Assembly (NCBI GenBank): GCA_051294905.1
Contig: CM119372.1
Coordinates: forward strand, 12,712,001 to 12,772,000
DNA length: 60,000 nt
Direction of reading: 5' to 3'
Origin: Botryllus schlosseri
Lineage: Eukaryota
The notes beneath the pieces are model-generated. The model did not search any database and was not told the DNA's origin. It saw only the letters and a program-made list of their open reading frames with translations. Positions 34,701-46,800 of the stretch are shown piece by piece. A program made the translations under genes and the position numbers. Every line of letters begins with the position of its first letter. The first letter of the stretch is position 1.

Positions 34701-37293
34701 ACGCCCCCTTTATGATAATGAAAAATTTCGCCCCCCCCCCTTATCGTCATATCACAAAATCCAACCGGGGTTCTAGCAACCTCAACAGATTGTTTGATGG
34801 CATGGAAGGTCATGACTGTTGATGAGAGAATTAAAAAATATGAAATTCGGTCTATTTATAGAGAAACATGCGTGAATTGGAGGTAAATCGCGCAGAGCGC
34901 GAAAATTTTTTTCAGTTGACCGCTTCTTCGCGCCTCGCGTCAGATGCTTTCACGACCCCCAAGGGGGGCGAGCCCCCCAGGTTGGGAACCACTGCACTAA
35001 ATAGAGACAGCTAAGTAGAAAAAATCAATCTCAATACTAGCCACACAATGCTAGCATGAATTACAATTAATTATTCGAGCAGCTATCCCGATGTTTTGAA
35101 GACAAATGGTCGTATCGAATATATGTAGGCTACTTCGGGATCAGTAAGCCAATGTTGACTATATGATCCAGCTATAGGTCCGTCTGAAAACTCACATCAG
35201 CGAAACCGTGATGCGTCTGCATGTGCACGACCGACCACAAACAACCAAGCTCATTAAAACCTCAAAATTGACATAAACCGCTCAAACGGTCACATGCCTG
35301 AAAATCCAAGATGCGACAGTTTTCCTCCATACCACGGCACCATATTAAGATGAATTTCTAATCAATTAATCCACCACCCAGGAAAAGCACGCATAACAAT
35401 CGCACAGATATTGGTCAAGGCGCAAATGATTAGGAATCGTAATACGCACCCATCATCGGTACTGTATCCGCCTAGCTCCGCGATCCCGCTCTTGTTATAC
35501 CGACACGCAAAAGGAAGATGAATGGACTTAGCGCGACGAATCCCAACCTCCATAATGTCAGAGAATTGAACTGTCCTCACCGCGTTGTAATACCAAATCG
35601 CATCACTCTGGTAAATGCACGCGAAGAAAAAATTGTATTGGAACAACAGCTATATGCTTCAATCTTTCAATATACTTTACCGAATTAGAGTGGGTTGTAC
35701 GGCAAGCGGAAAAATTTGTCATAGTCAAATACAAATCGTTCCCTTCTCGCGTCTCGATCAGAGAGCATATTTTTCCCTCCTCGACACCGGGATTTTGGAT
35801 TCCAGCGATAGAAATATCATCGGTAGCATTATATCCCATTTGTTCCAAAACGCACGTATTTATTCTGGGAAATAAATGTGATTTCAATGGTATCATTAAT
35901 TATTGCAACATAAGATATGTGCGGAGCTAACTGATGGTCTTCTACGAAATTGAAGTATTAGGCTATGCCTTGCTAGTATTGAGAGAATTGTGGAATATTT
36001 TAGATTATAATATAGGCCTACTTGATCGCTGACGAGAAGTTTGCCGTCACCTGCGAAGTAGCCTAACCCATATAAGATATCAAAGATGGAAAGATTTTAG
36101 ATGAAAATCCAAATATTGTCCCAACTCAAGTGACTGCATAGGATATATACTATATATCGATAAATTTACACGAAATAGAAAATTGCAACTTGTATCAAAA
36201 TATCATATAATGTAATCATCTTCAATATAACTATTCCGAGCATATTTGTACACGATATATCGAATATTAAAATAATGTGGAGTAGAACGTTTAGATGTGT
36301 CCGCAAGGAGCTGAGAATTGTCCGAATTAACAGGAGTTTATACATGCATATTTTACTTTTGTTCCGACTCCGAACATTTGGCGGAATAAAGCGGCTGTCC
36401 ATGCTATCCGGTGTCCAAATTAAGCGGATTCGACTGTGTACACAGAAATTCCATGATTTCCGATTGATCGAGTCGCATCATAAATTCAAACCCAATGTTT
36501 CAACGATACCGTTAATTTCGCCATTGTTTGAGTATTTCGCATGCCCCTCATCGTCATATCATAAAATGCAACCAGAATACTGGCAGCCCCTACATATAGT
36601 TTGATGACATGGAACGTTATGACTGAGAGAATTCTCAAATACGAAATTCGGACTTATACACAGAGCGACAACTATGAATTGGCCTGGTCAGACCCAAAGC
36701 GAACGCGATTTAAATCCGAAAACTTCCAGCTTCTTACTGCGATGTCGGTAACTCTTACGTGGTAGTGATATTGGTGCTTCCGCAAGACAGCTGCAGATTT
36801 AAAGATTGTATTACCGCTTGCGTGTCTCCCAAGTCGACGGTTGGACAACCTAAAATAATATGATCTTATCAATCTTATATAAGCGCATGGGCCGCTTGGT
36901 AAAGAAATTAATTATGCATCTGCAGAATTGCGAAGCGAAATTTGTATAATAAATGTAAAATAGCAGGATAACAGCATATCGACATATAAGGCATGTTGCT
37001 GTTCGGCTGAAAAATTTGAATGAAAGTGGGTAATGGATAATTCAAGAACTGTTGAACGTTAGTCAAAATGGATACGACCAATTTGATGCAAAAAGTAATC
37101 GATTATCTCGTAGAGGACAGCCGGTCTATTATGACACGTGTTTACTTGTAGATGCGGAATTTCTTAGGCAATAATTGACAGCAAAAGCTGTACTAAATAG
37201 GCAAAATGACAAAGTCTTCAACTTACTAGCTGTTACCATGCCGATCGCTATGACACTTGAAACGAGCAGCGTCAGTCCAAAACCGAGCTTCAT
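31784..37293 (-). CDS. Secreted zona pellucida (ZP) module protein, 344 aa, no transmembrane segment
   Basis: Phase-consistent exons 37293-37227, 36849-36759, 35864-35681, 35607-35450, 34438-34270, 32271-32201, 32136-31980, 31921-31784 (1035 nt). Signal peptide MKLGFGLTLLVSSVIAIGMVTA; ZP-N (LSCGSTNI...CRTT...YYNAVR...PFACRY); ZP-C (LWATT.P.P...YYIAENGCP...FIMFDW...VYIHGSIELC); furin site RERR; hydrophobic patch VQSVTFSLRL. Confidence 0.88.
32691..33207. mobile_element. hAT MITE with TCGAGTA/ACTCGA subterminal repeats
   Basis: TIRs TGGGCTGGGCA / TGCCCAGCCCTA; perfect TSD ACATGTAG. Confidence 0.8.
33574..34018. mobile_element. hAT MITE (TAGGGTTGCA family)
   Basis: TIRs TAGGGTTGCATTTA / TAAATGCAACCCTA; TSD GTTGACAG / GTTGACAT; homologous to 2358..2858. 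Confidence 0.85.
34677..34994. mobile_element. Charlie/Buster-like hAT MITE
   Basis: TIRs CAGTGGTTCCCAACCT / AGGTTGGGAACCACTG; perfect TSD CACTAAAT. Confidence 0.88.
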
Positions 37294-39709
37294 CTTTACC
37301 GCCAAACGATGTTTCCTTCACTCAACGGTGCCTGTGTATATCCCCTGTCAGAATATATGAATTATGTAAGTAATCCTCACCCTTGCCTTTTGCATTATGA
37401 ACAAAAGGGTATCCGTTATATTTTTGTCCGACTCCATGTTCTCGCTCTGGCCACGCTATACAGTGCTGCGGTGTAAGATCCTACGATGGCATCCGGTAGT
37501 GAACCATACCGGTGAATAACAAATATATACCTACAGAGCATCTCTTACTTTCAATGAATCATTCTTCGCCACGGTTAAGAAGCAAGCAACTGAATATATC
37601 TGTAAAGAAAAGCGTTAGTCTGAGTTTTAATTTTCTCGTGACCATCGTCAAAAGTTGCCTCATAAATTATATCTTCATTTAAAATTGATAACAATAAGGT
37701 ATCGAACAAAATCAGGTCATTTTGTGGATTAAACTTGTTGACAAGTCTCCTTAGCCTGATAGTGATTGAAAACGCGGCAATTTGAAGGTTTCATTATGAA
37801 ATCTGAATGTTAACAGAACTTTGGATGACACAGATTTCCACAAATGAGTGCCGTGTTTTGTATCGGGGTCATTGGTCAGAGTTCAGCGAATACTGATAAA
37901 CTTGCACATATAGCCTCTGGTTAATTTTTTTAAATATAATCGCACAATGTTAATAAGTTGATGTTAACGATAACAGTGTTTATTCGACCCACACAACTCA
38001 CTCTCATCCGCGATTTATTATCACGTTTCTGATAAATATATTTCGACGCCGACCACAGTAACAATACTTGGAAGAATATTATTCTGATACCCAAGTGATC
38101 AGACCTCTTCTGACGCGATGTAACCATTATATATGAGTGATGACCACGATGAACGGCATATAATCTTGAATGAGCGCGTCTGACCACTACCTTATGTCGA
38201 ATATTAAGCTTAATTGTTCGCTGAACATTCTGCGGATTCTTGACTAAGTCTGTTGACTTGTTATCATATTTTGTATTGTATTACCTGGGGTATGAGGAGA
38301 GGGTTTCTGTTGATGATTAAGTATTGTAGTCTACATGAATGTGTCAGCATGTTGTGTAGTTCAAGCGGGACAGGACACATATGGATCTACCATATTTTAA
38401 AACTGTTCGTAGATACCAATTCTTAGAGATTTCCGATTTCTAAAGATGTCCTTCTCCCGGAAGATTCGTAACAAAAGCTAGTTAACGTTGTCAAAATGGT
38501 AAATTGAAAACACCGAGGACGACGAAGCGGATATGTAAATATATATGGATGAATGGCGACTAAATCAATAGCTTTCGCTCTTTCTCCTGTTGATAATTCC
38601 GATGTATAACTTGAGATTTCACGTCCATATCTCATATGTATATATAGATTACCGATCAAATATCAAATATCATAAAGATGACCACGCCGTCAACACTAGT
38701 ATTCAATAGCTTCAATAAAGTTCCCCCTCTCACAAAGATACATCAAGCTTTCGACAAATACAATACACGATGATAAGTATAATATGTGCTTTCAACAATC
38801 GTTTACACATCGAGCCCGTGTGGAAGACAGAAGGCATTGTGTTGCCTGGCTACGTCTCGGGCGGGTCACACGAATCTGTTATTTTATGTGTAAGAGGACA
38901 GTTCTAAAGGTTACATATCAACGAACATATGTAAAAAACAAGAGGTACTGGTTACTTGAATCGAGATAGTATAGTCACGAGTACATTCCCAGTGGATACA
39001 ATAGGCCAGGGTTTAGTTATTCGAGGTAACATTCTCGATAGCCTATCCGGTCATGATAGATCGAATCGACACCTATGCAATAGCCCGCAATACGCCGGCT
39101 TCCGATAAGTTTGCAGCCAGCAAGAAATAATGGGCATAGTTTATAGATCTTCAGGGAGGTTAGGCTATCCTTGGATTCGATTATCGAAATTCGAATGAAT
39201 TTATTCCTTGAACAGAACTGCCGAATTGTAGCCTAGTTTATAGCATCTTACAGTCCAATAGAAAATGTGCCGATGGGGTTGCGTATACAATGACACGGTA
39301 AGTTGTAAACTGACGAATATCCCGAATGGGACGTATCGACCCTACTGTCTATTACGGTTTAATTGCCCAAATGCCCACGACTGAAATAGGATCGACGCCT
39401 AGTCAAGATTGCGATAAAATGAAATAAAGAAACGACTTCGAGTATTATTCCAATCAAACTTACACATTGGTCTGCTCTGGACTGATGTAAATAAGTGGCA
39501 TGCACCTGGACACTGGATTAAAAGTAACACGGCATAGCGTAAAAAGGACACGCGATGAAAAGGAAGTGGCATGTATCGGCTGGCGATCACGGCCCGGTAA
39601 TCTCGAGCGCACACGGGTATTCTTCTAGTAGAGTAGTGCTTGTATTTAGTTATGAATGTGGACGATGGACATTAGACCTGTTCAATAAAACTTTTTTCTC
39701 CAAATCTTC

Positions 39710-40199
39710 CTTGCTAGGCGATTAAATCGTCAGGCTCCCTAAAGAAACGATGCTCACCAAAATTGTATTCATTCCAACCGGTAATCGCGAAGCTTTAACA
39801 GTTTTAAAAACTCGAATTTATTATAAAATATCATTTTTTTAAATTTTCACTGGCTCTCCCATGAAATTAATACCGTCAACAAAAACGATCCGGTAGAAGC
39901 GAGTTTTTCATTGATAATTCTGGGATTAGTCAATGCTATTTTTTCAAATCCCAAATTTCCAAATGCAATAGCTTCGCTTCCACCGGATGAAATTGAGTCA
40001 AATTCGTTTTGCACTGCTTCTGTACACAACCTATCAATTACATGGGGTTGTCAGTCATATTTGAAAATATTTTGAAAAATATTTCATAATAAATTCAAAA
40101 TTTTAAAACTGTAAAAACTTCTCGATTATCGCTGGGAATGAATTCAAATTTGGCGCGCACCGTTTGTTATGGAACCCGACGAATTAATCGCCTATCAAG
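39710..40199. mobile_element. Old MITE with ~125-bp diverged TIRs
   Basis: CTTGCTAGGCGATTAAATCGTC...TTTATTAT mirrored by ATAATAAA...GACGAATTAATCGCCTATCAAG. Confidence 0.65.
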
Positions 40200-40611
40200 C
40201 AAGTGCCCTAATGGACATGCTCGATGATTGTCGGCGAATTACTGTTTCGTTGTCGTGATCAGTCATACCCATACTTGATAGGGCGATACGTTCTCTAGTA
40301 ATCCGTGCCGAACACATATTGTAATTGGACGAGGAGGACGCACGCTCGTTAGTCTTTTTAACTACAAACTATTTACCTCAAACGACGGGTGTATATTATG
40401 TAATAGATCGGTGATTATTAACCTTTCGCAAGGCACCGAATGAATAAATACTATTTCGTGACCCCTTAAGATTACCAGACCACAACGGGACATATCGACC
40501 TCGTCTACCGACACATGCCACATTCATTTCGTCGCTTCCCTTTACTTTATCTTTTATTTCTTTTCATTCAGTACAGTGTACGCGCTTCTTATTCACATGC
40601 TTTAACTAGGT

Positions 40612-40964
40612 CAGTGGTTCTAAACCTTTTCTAAGTCGTGGCCCCCGGACTGTGGCTCTAAAAGACTGTGGCCCGTAGTCGAGTACAATCCATCATGACA
40701 TCATTTTAGTATGGATGATATGAATACTTTGAATAGTTCTACTAAGTAGCTTAGCATTGTATCTTATTATCGCATTGTACATTTTGTGTGCCTTGTTCAG
40801 ATGAAAATATTATCTGACGATTATTATTAATATAAAACTATAATTCTTGTTATGGGCCCAGGATAATATGCATGTCATAATTCTTTAACGACGCCCTTTG
40901 TCGTTGCCATATGAGAACGCTCTGTGGCCCCTTTGAGTAACCAAGGGTCACGGTTGAGACACTG
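40612..40964. mobile_element. Degenerate Charlie/Buster-like hAT MITE
   Basis: CAGTGGTTCTAAACC...GTGGCCC motifs...GGTTGAGACACTG; TSD weak. Confidence 0.55.
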
Positions 40965-42065
40965 CTGTAGGCCAAGGGTTTCTGATTAAATACTACTTCA
41001 AGTTGTTTCGACACTCCCCTGTTTTTTCAGTAACCCTTATATCGCAATTTCGTGGTGTTTTGATCTGATGAAAATTTCAACAAATTAATACTGATGATGA
41101 CCGAACCCCACGCTCACCATACATGTATCCATCGAAGTCTTCGCAGTTGAAAAAAATGAGGACTTCTTTCGTTATAATCTTATAGGTGTCTAGCCACCCA
41201 TGAAGGGAATTTAAGTCATAAATGACACTGATTTCAAGAGAATATTAGTTAGCCCTCTAGTTTACCGGACCACGATCTGATATATCGATCTCGCTTTTCC
41301 ACACACGCCACCACTTTTTGTTGCCTGTCCTTATATATTATATCTTCTTTTACTTTTCATTCAGCGTGCATGCCTCCTTTTTTACATCGCCTACGCCAGG
41401 TGGGTGTCATGATTTCGAAGACTACAAGTCGTTTCGACACCTTCCTATCTTTCATTGTATCGAAGTCTTGTGGTGTATTGAAATAAAGAAATTGTCAGCA
41501 ATATATTGAGCTGAATTCAAATTTAATCTAGTCAGGGCTCTGGAACCCCGCAAAGATGAAAATCGGCATCTTTCCGATCAATTGCAGCGCTGAGTAAAAC
41601 GCAACAGGAGAACAAGGCATTGGCCCGAGTTTCCATTGTTCGGTCTGAGCCAAATTGGCCAGTCGCTTATAAAAAGACGATTTCAAATTTGACAAATGCC
41701 ACTCTCGAATCATTTTTGCCGCAAAGTCATCCTCCATACACACACAGGAAAGATTGTCCGGATATCCGGTAGCGAACAGTATATGAGTATCTCGAAGGTC
41801 TCACCTCCGATCGCGTACCTGATAGATGCTGGTGTGATCATGCTAGTTGCAGATCAAACTAGTTTTGTTCGCAAAGCGCCGTCTTCCTTCAGATGATTTA
41901 CTTAACGTAACTGGTTGGGCGCCTTTCAATCCTTGCTCAATGCGCCTAATTGCCGCTACCCAGTGACATTTTCGGGAAATCTCATTACCTTGGGCCCAGC
42001 AATCGACTGTTAATTCTCTTCTCTACGATCAGGTCCGTGAATAACCGATATAAATTGTGTTGCAG

Positions 42066-43232
42066 ACTTTCATGTGCAGATTCTGCGGCACCCGTTTTTG
42101 CAATGACTGTTTGAAAGGAGAGTTCGTCGGGCTGATGAAGGAAGCCGGACATTGCAGAGTTTGTAACCAGGTAAGCCGTTCTGTGATTCTGCAAATATGC
42201 AGCGTTGCAGCCAAGTCAAAGGGTTCCGAGTCACAAGTCAATCTCACTATCGTAGTTCTGACTCGAGTCAAGACCGAGGGTCAAGTCAAAGTCCGAGTCA
42301 TAGTGTTTTAGGTGCTCGAGTCCGAGTGCAAGTCATTATGTTAACTGTTCAGTGTTCAGTTTTTAGCTCAACACACTTTGTTCAACTCTGCTCGAGCGAT
42401 ATAGAACGGCTCGTATTCATAATATAGTAGCTTTCGACAGTCTCATCTTCATCTGTCCCTATTTTCCAAGTATCAGGACTGATATACGAAATACCAATAA
42501 TGCGGTAACTTTACTATTCTTCAAAGTTACAATGAAATGTCCGTCTTGTTAGTCTCGAGTCATATGATATGACTATGGTTCAAGTCGTGCACAATGACTC
42601 GAGTCGATTGAAGTCATTTTACGTATTTGAAAAAATTACTGGAGTCACTAAATCCCTGCAAATATGCGCCCCTCAGCGACCAAATTGATCAGTACTTCCT
42701 CCACACGCGCGGACAGTTGGGCTGTTCAACACCTTTTTTTTCTGGATTCCAGCCATTCACTGATTAAATTGTCAGGTTACCCTAAAAAACGCTGCACACC
42801 AAATTGGGTTCAATTCTAACAAGTCTAAGCTGCCGCAGAGCCAATTCAAATTTCTCATTAGGGAAAATAAAAAAAATTCAAATTTTTCTTCCAACCACGT
42901 GAAATTGTTGAGTTGTCTTCAAAGACGATGCAAAACAAATTTGACTCAGTTCCAACGACTAGAAGCGGAGTTATTTGACTTTTTTGTTGATAATTCTCGG
43001 ATTATCCTTGATTGGTAACAACAGACAGTTAACCTTTCTCCTCTGTCAACAGCTACAGTGCGTCGGTAAGAGAGTCGAATACGTCCCAGGTAAAGGCCCG
43101 TCGGAGGCTACGAAGGAAAAGTACGCAGCTTGGAAGGAGAGACAAGGCAAGAAGAAAAAGGGCAAAAAGGGGAAGAAAGGGAAGAAGGGCGGAAAGAAAA
43201 AGGGCGGCAAGAAAAAGAAGAAGAGACGCTAA
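42066..43232 (+). CDS. Small uncharacterised Cys-rich (probable Zn-binding) protein with Lys/Gly-rich tail; first exon/start uncertain
   Basis: Exons 42066-42170 and 43053-43232 join in phase 0: TFMCRFCGTRFCNDCLKGEFVGLMKEAGHCRVCNQ|LQCVGKRVEYVPGKGPSEATKEKYAAWKERQGKKKKGKKGKKGKKGGKKKGGKKKKKRR*. Good splice sites, GC-rich codons, AATAAA at 43406. Possible upstream mini-exon MSISK near 41783..41797. Confidence 0.8.
42200..42658. mobile_element. hAT MITE with GACTCGAGTC subterminal repeats
   Basis: Ends CAGCGTTG / AATCCCTG; perfect TSD CAAATATG; same family as 45781..47035 and 51797..52329, with relics at ~56845..56960 and ~59360..59435. Confidence 0.8.
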
Positions 43233-43405
43233 AGAGTTGCGTCGGAATTACAGTCCTCGAAAACGGTTCGACGCCAGTGCACGGGGTCGCTACGGAACGC
43301 GCAAACTGCAGACATCCAAGCATACTCATCAGGTCGCGGGAAGCGACGCAGGCACTTGCGCAACTTCATTTTGTATTGGTCTTTCTAGAAATCGGTAAAA
43401 AGTGC

Positions 43406-43411
43406 AATAAA
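43406..43411 (+). terminator. Candidate polyadenylation signal AATAAA
   Basis: ~175 nt after the stop of the small Lys-rich gene. Confidence 0.5.
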
Positions 43412-43811
43412 ACAAGTAAACGCATCATCACCGCAGCCCACTTCTCTATAAGACACTGTTAAGAGCCGAGTATAGCGAGAAGGAGTGGGGCGGGCATCAG
43501 AATATCAAGGCAGTATTTCACTGCGATTTTGTTCGCGAATGGTATCGCACATGTATGTTAAGCCAGCTTTACGACACGATGGGACGTGAAAAAAATTTTG
43601 GTCCCTTCTTTTCAACGCTGGCTACAATCTACGTCGATGCCAGCAGTCTTACTGTCGATTAGCCAACAACCCCCAAACATTGCTGGCAATGCAGGTGTCC
43701 ACGCAGTTCACGCAGTTGTGACGTGGGAAGTGAAATATCACGCGGCATGGAACTAGCCTGAACCTTTTCGGGCGTCGACTCCTCCCCGAATCGCGCAAGG
43801 CGAAAACGCGT

Positions 43812-46800
43812 CTAATCCCAAAGCTTTATCAATCCGTCCCACCCGCACGTCACCAGTTTCGAAGTCTCGTGCGGCAGCCAGATGCAGCCGATGCACACTC
43901 GATCGTGGGCGCGAAACTTGCTGTAAATCCGTGTGGTCTTCCAGTCCCAAATGTAGACGCGGCCGTCGCCGTCGCCCGAGCAAACGTACGACATGTCGGG
44001 AGAGAAACCGACTTGGCAAGCGTAGCCGGCGATCTGCAGAAAAAGTCAATGCTTGCATCAGCAATTTATATTTTATATTAGGCTTACCATATTTTGGAAA
44101 TCTAAAAAGAGGACACTTTTTCAAAAATTTTAGACTTGCAAAACTGGAGAAGAATTCTCAAAAACCGGTGAATTTTTCCCACTTTGTGATCGGTTGACTA
44201 AAAAAAAAGGTCTTCTTTTCGCTCAGAGCTAAAATCACCGTTTTTCGCTCCAAAATACCCGCCGGAGCGTCACTTCTGTGCTAATTTACGGCATATCACT
44301 CGCAATTTGCTCTAAATCTGACCTAAATTTTCAAAAAAGAGGACAAAAGGCCGTCCTCCGAGGACACTTTCAAAAAAGTCAAAAAAGAGGACAAATCCTC
44401 TTGAAAGAGGACGTATGGTAACCCTATTTTATATGCCGACTGACAATGAAAATGCTACTCAAGTTGAAGTAACTTCCTAATTTTCTACTCACTCACACAC
44501 AAGAAGAAGTAGCGATTTCAAAGTTGAGTAAAAAAGTAACTGATCTTGGCCTAGTTTCGGCTAAAAACAAAAAACTGTCAGGTAGAAGTGTAAGTAAGCA
44601 CTTGAGCTAGTATAGCAAGTGTCCAAAACCCACTTGATGTACTTTGTTACTGACTATTTCTCAGCAGTTGTACCGTAGTTTACAGCCTATGACGTGGCAC
44701 GACGATTTGAGACAAGTATCCATCGTATTGCTTAAGCAGTCGGAATGAGAGTACACCTCTTCGAGTAATGAAAATACAAGCGCGTTATTCCATCAACTGG
44801 AAATGCGGTTTCGAGGGGTTCCTCCAGACGTGACAGCATTGAAACCCCGACCGGTCGCGACGCGGCCCATAAAAGACGCGAGCGTGACTGGAGGCAGGAA
44901 TGTTCACATAAAATACACTTCTGAACGAAGCAGACCGTTGCAACTCACAAAAGCGTCCAGGTCAAGAGATCAACAAAATTCTTTTTGATCGCATGTTCGG
45001 TCGGCGTTTTGTTTCTTTTGTACGGAAAAAAGTTGCACATTCGAACTTATAAATCTGTGACAACTGTCCTGGCATCATAATGGGTGGTACTCGTGTAGGT
45101 TAATACTCGACTCCGAATCGAACCACCTGATTTTCACCAGCCCTAAGTACAGCCAGAGATGCTGAAAGTAGTAGGTCGTTTACTCTAGTGCAGTGGTTCC
45201 CAACCGGGGAGGAATTCCCCCCTTGGGGGGAATTTTGCAATTTTTAGGGAGGAATTCCACTTTAGAATTGTAACGGATTTCCCAAAATGTTCATGTCCGA
45301 ACTGTCATGTTGGCAACCAGTTATATCAGAGCGTATGCTCCTTATAGCTGTTTTTTTGCTGAAAGTATGTTCAAATGCTATTTGAAATCTCTTTCTCCCA
45401 TACAAGTTCGCCCTTTTTTGAACTAGTTCAGATGTGCTGCAGTTCGCAAGACAATTTTGTAGGCCAGCGACGGCCTCTCAATCAAATATATTCTGAGCGA
45501 GCAAATGTCGTGCCGAATCTATCACAACAAGGCCTCTAACGAAAGTATTTATCTTATATTTTCATGTCAACATTTTCATAAAGTGACAAAATATTCCAAC
45601 GTCATCGATTCAAGTCAAAGCGATCGGTAGCCTTGCTTTATTTTTAGTGAACAGCTACTCGATCGAAAAAATGCATGTTAAACTTGGTGCAATGTTGCCG
45701 AAACCGAATGAGTGTCCTAAATTTCAATGAGCTCAAGCAGGAAATCTGATCACGTGTATGTTATATATCAAGGTATATATCAGGGCTGTAACCAAGTCAC
45801 GAGGCTCCGTGTCACAAGTCAATTTCACTTTCATAGTTTTGACTCGAGTCAAGTCGAGTCATTTTCAATTCACCATTGAGTCAAGTCCGACGGTCCAAGT
45901 CACCGAGCACAGGGTCGAGTCCGAGTTATGGTATTATGACTCGAGTACGAGTCCAATTCCTTGTGTTGACTGCTCAGTTTCCAGTTAAAGTCTTGTTAAA
46001 ATCACTTTTTATAACTCTGTTTGGTGATATTGAATGATTTTGATTTATAATATACTCATTTTCCTCACTTTGAGCAGTTTATTGTCGCATTCTCAAGTAC
46101 CAGGACCAATAGACGAAATTCCAATAAGAAGGCCACTTTACTGTTCTTCGAAATTACAATGAAATGTCGGTCTTGGCCGTCTTATAGTCACTAGGGCTCT
46201 TCAAAAATGACTTTTTTTCTCAAATCGTACTGGCTACTTGATAAAATTGTTAGGTTACCTAATTTAAGCCTACACACAAAATTTGGTTCAATTCCAGCCA
46301 GTAACCGCTTTGCTACAGGAGAAGAAAGTTTCTATTTATTACCTAAAATTAAATAATAAAAAATTTGAAAATTTTCTGTTTACCCCATGAAAGTGTTAGG
46401 CTGTCTATAGAGACGATCCTCACCAAATTTGGTTCAATTCCAACCAGCGGAAGCGGAGTTATTGCCGTCGAAAAATTTGGATTTGAATAAAATAGTATTT
46501 ACGGTGAGCACAACTATAATAAATAAACAAAGAATCGGTCACCGTAGTAAATACTATTTTATTCAAATCCAAACTTTTCGACGGCAATAACTCCGCTTCC
46601 ACTGGTTGGAATTGAACCAAATTTGGTGAGCATCGTTTCTATCGACAGCCTAACACTTTCATGGGGGAAACAGAAAATTTTCAAATTTTTTATTATTTAT
46701 TTTTATATAATAAATATAAACTTTCTTCTCCTGTAGCAAAGCGGTTACTGGCTGGAATTGAACCAAATTTTGTGTGTAGGCTTAAATTAGGTAACCTAAC

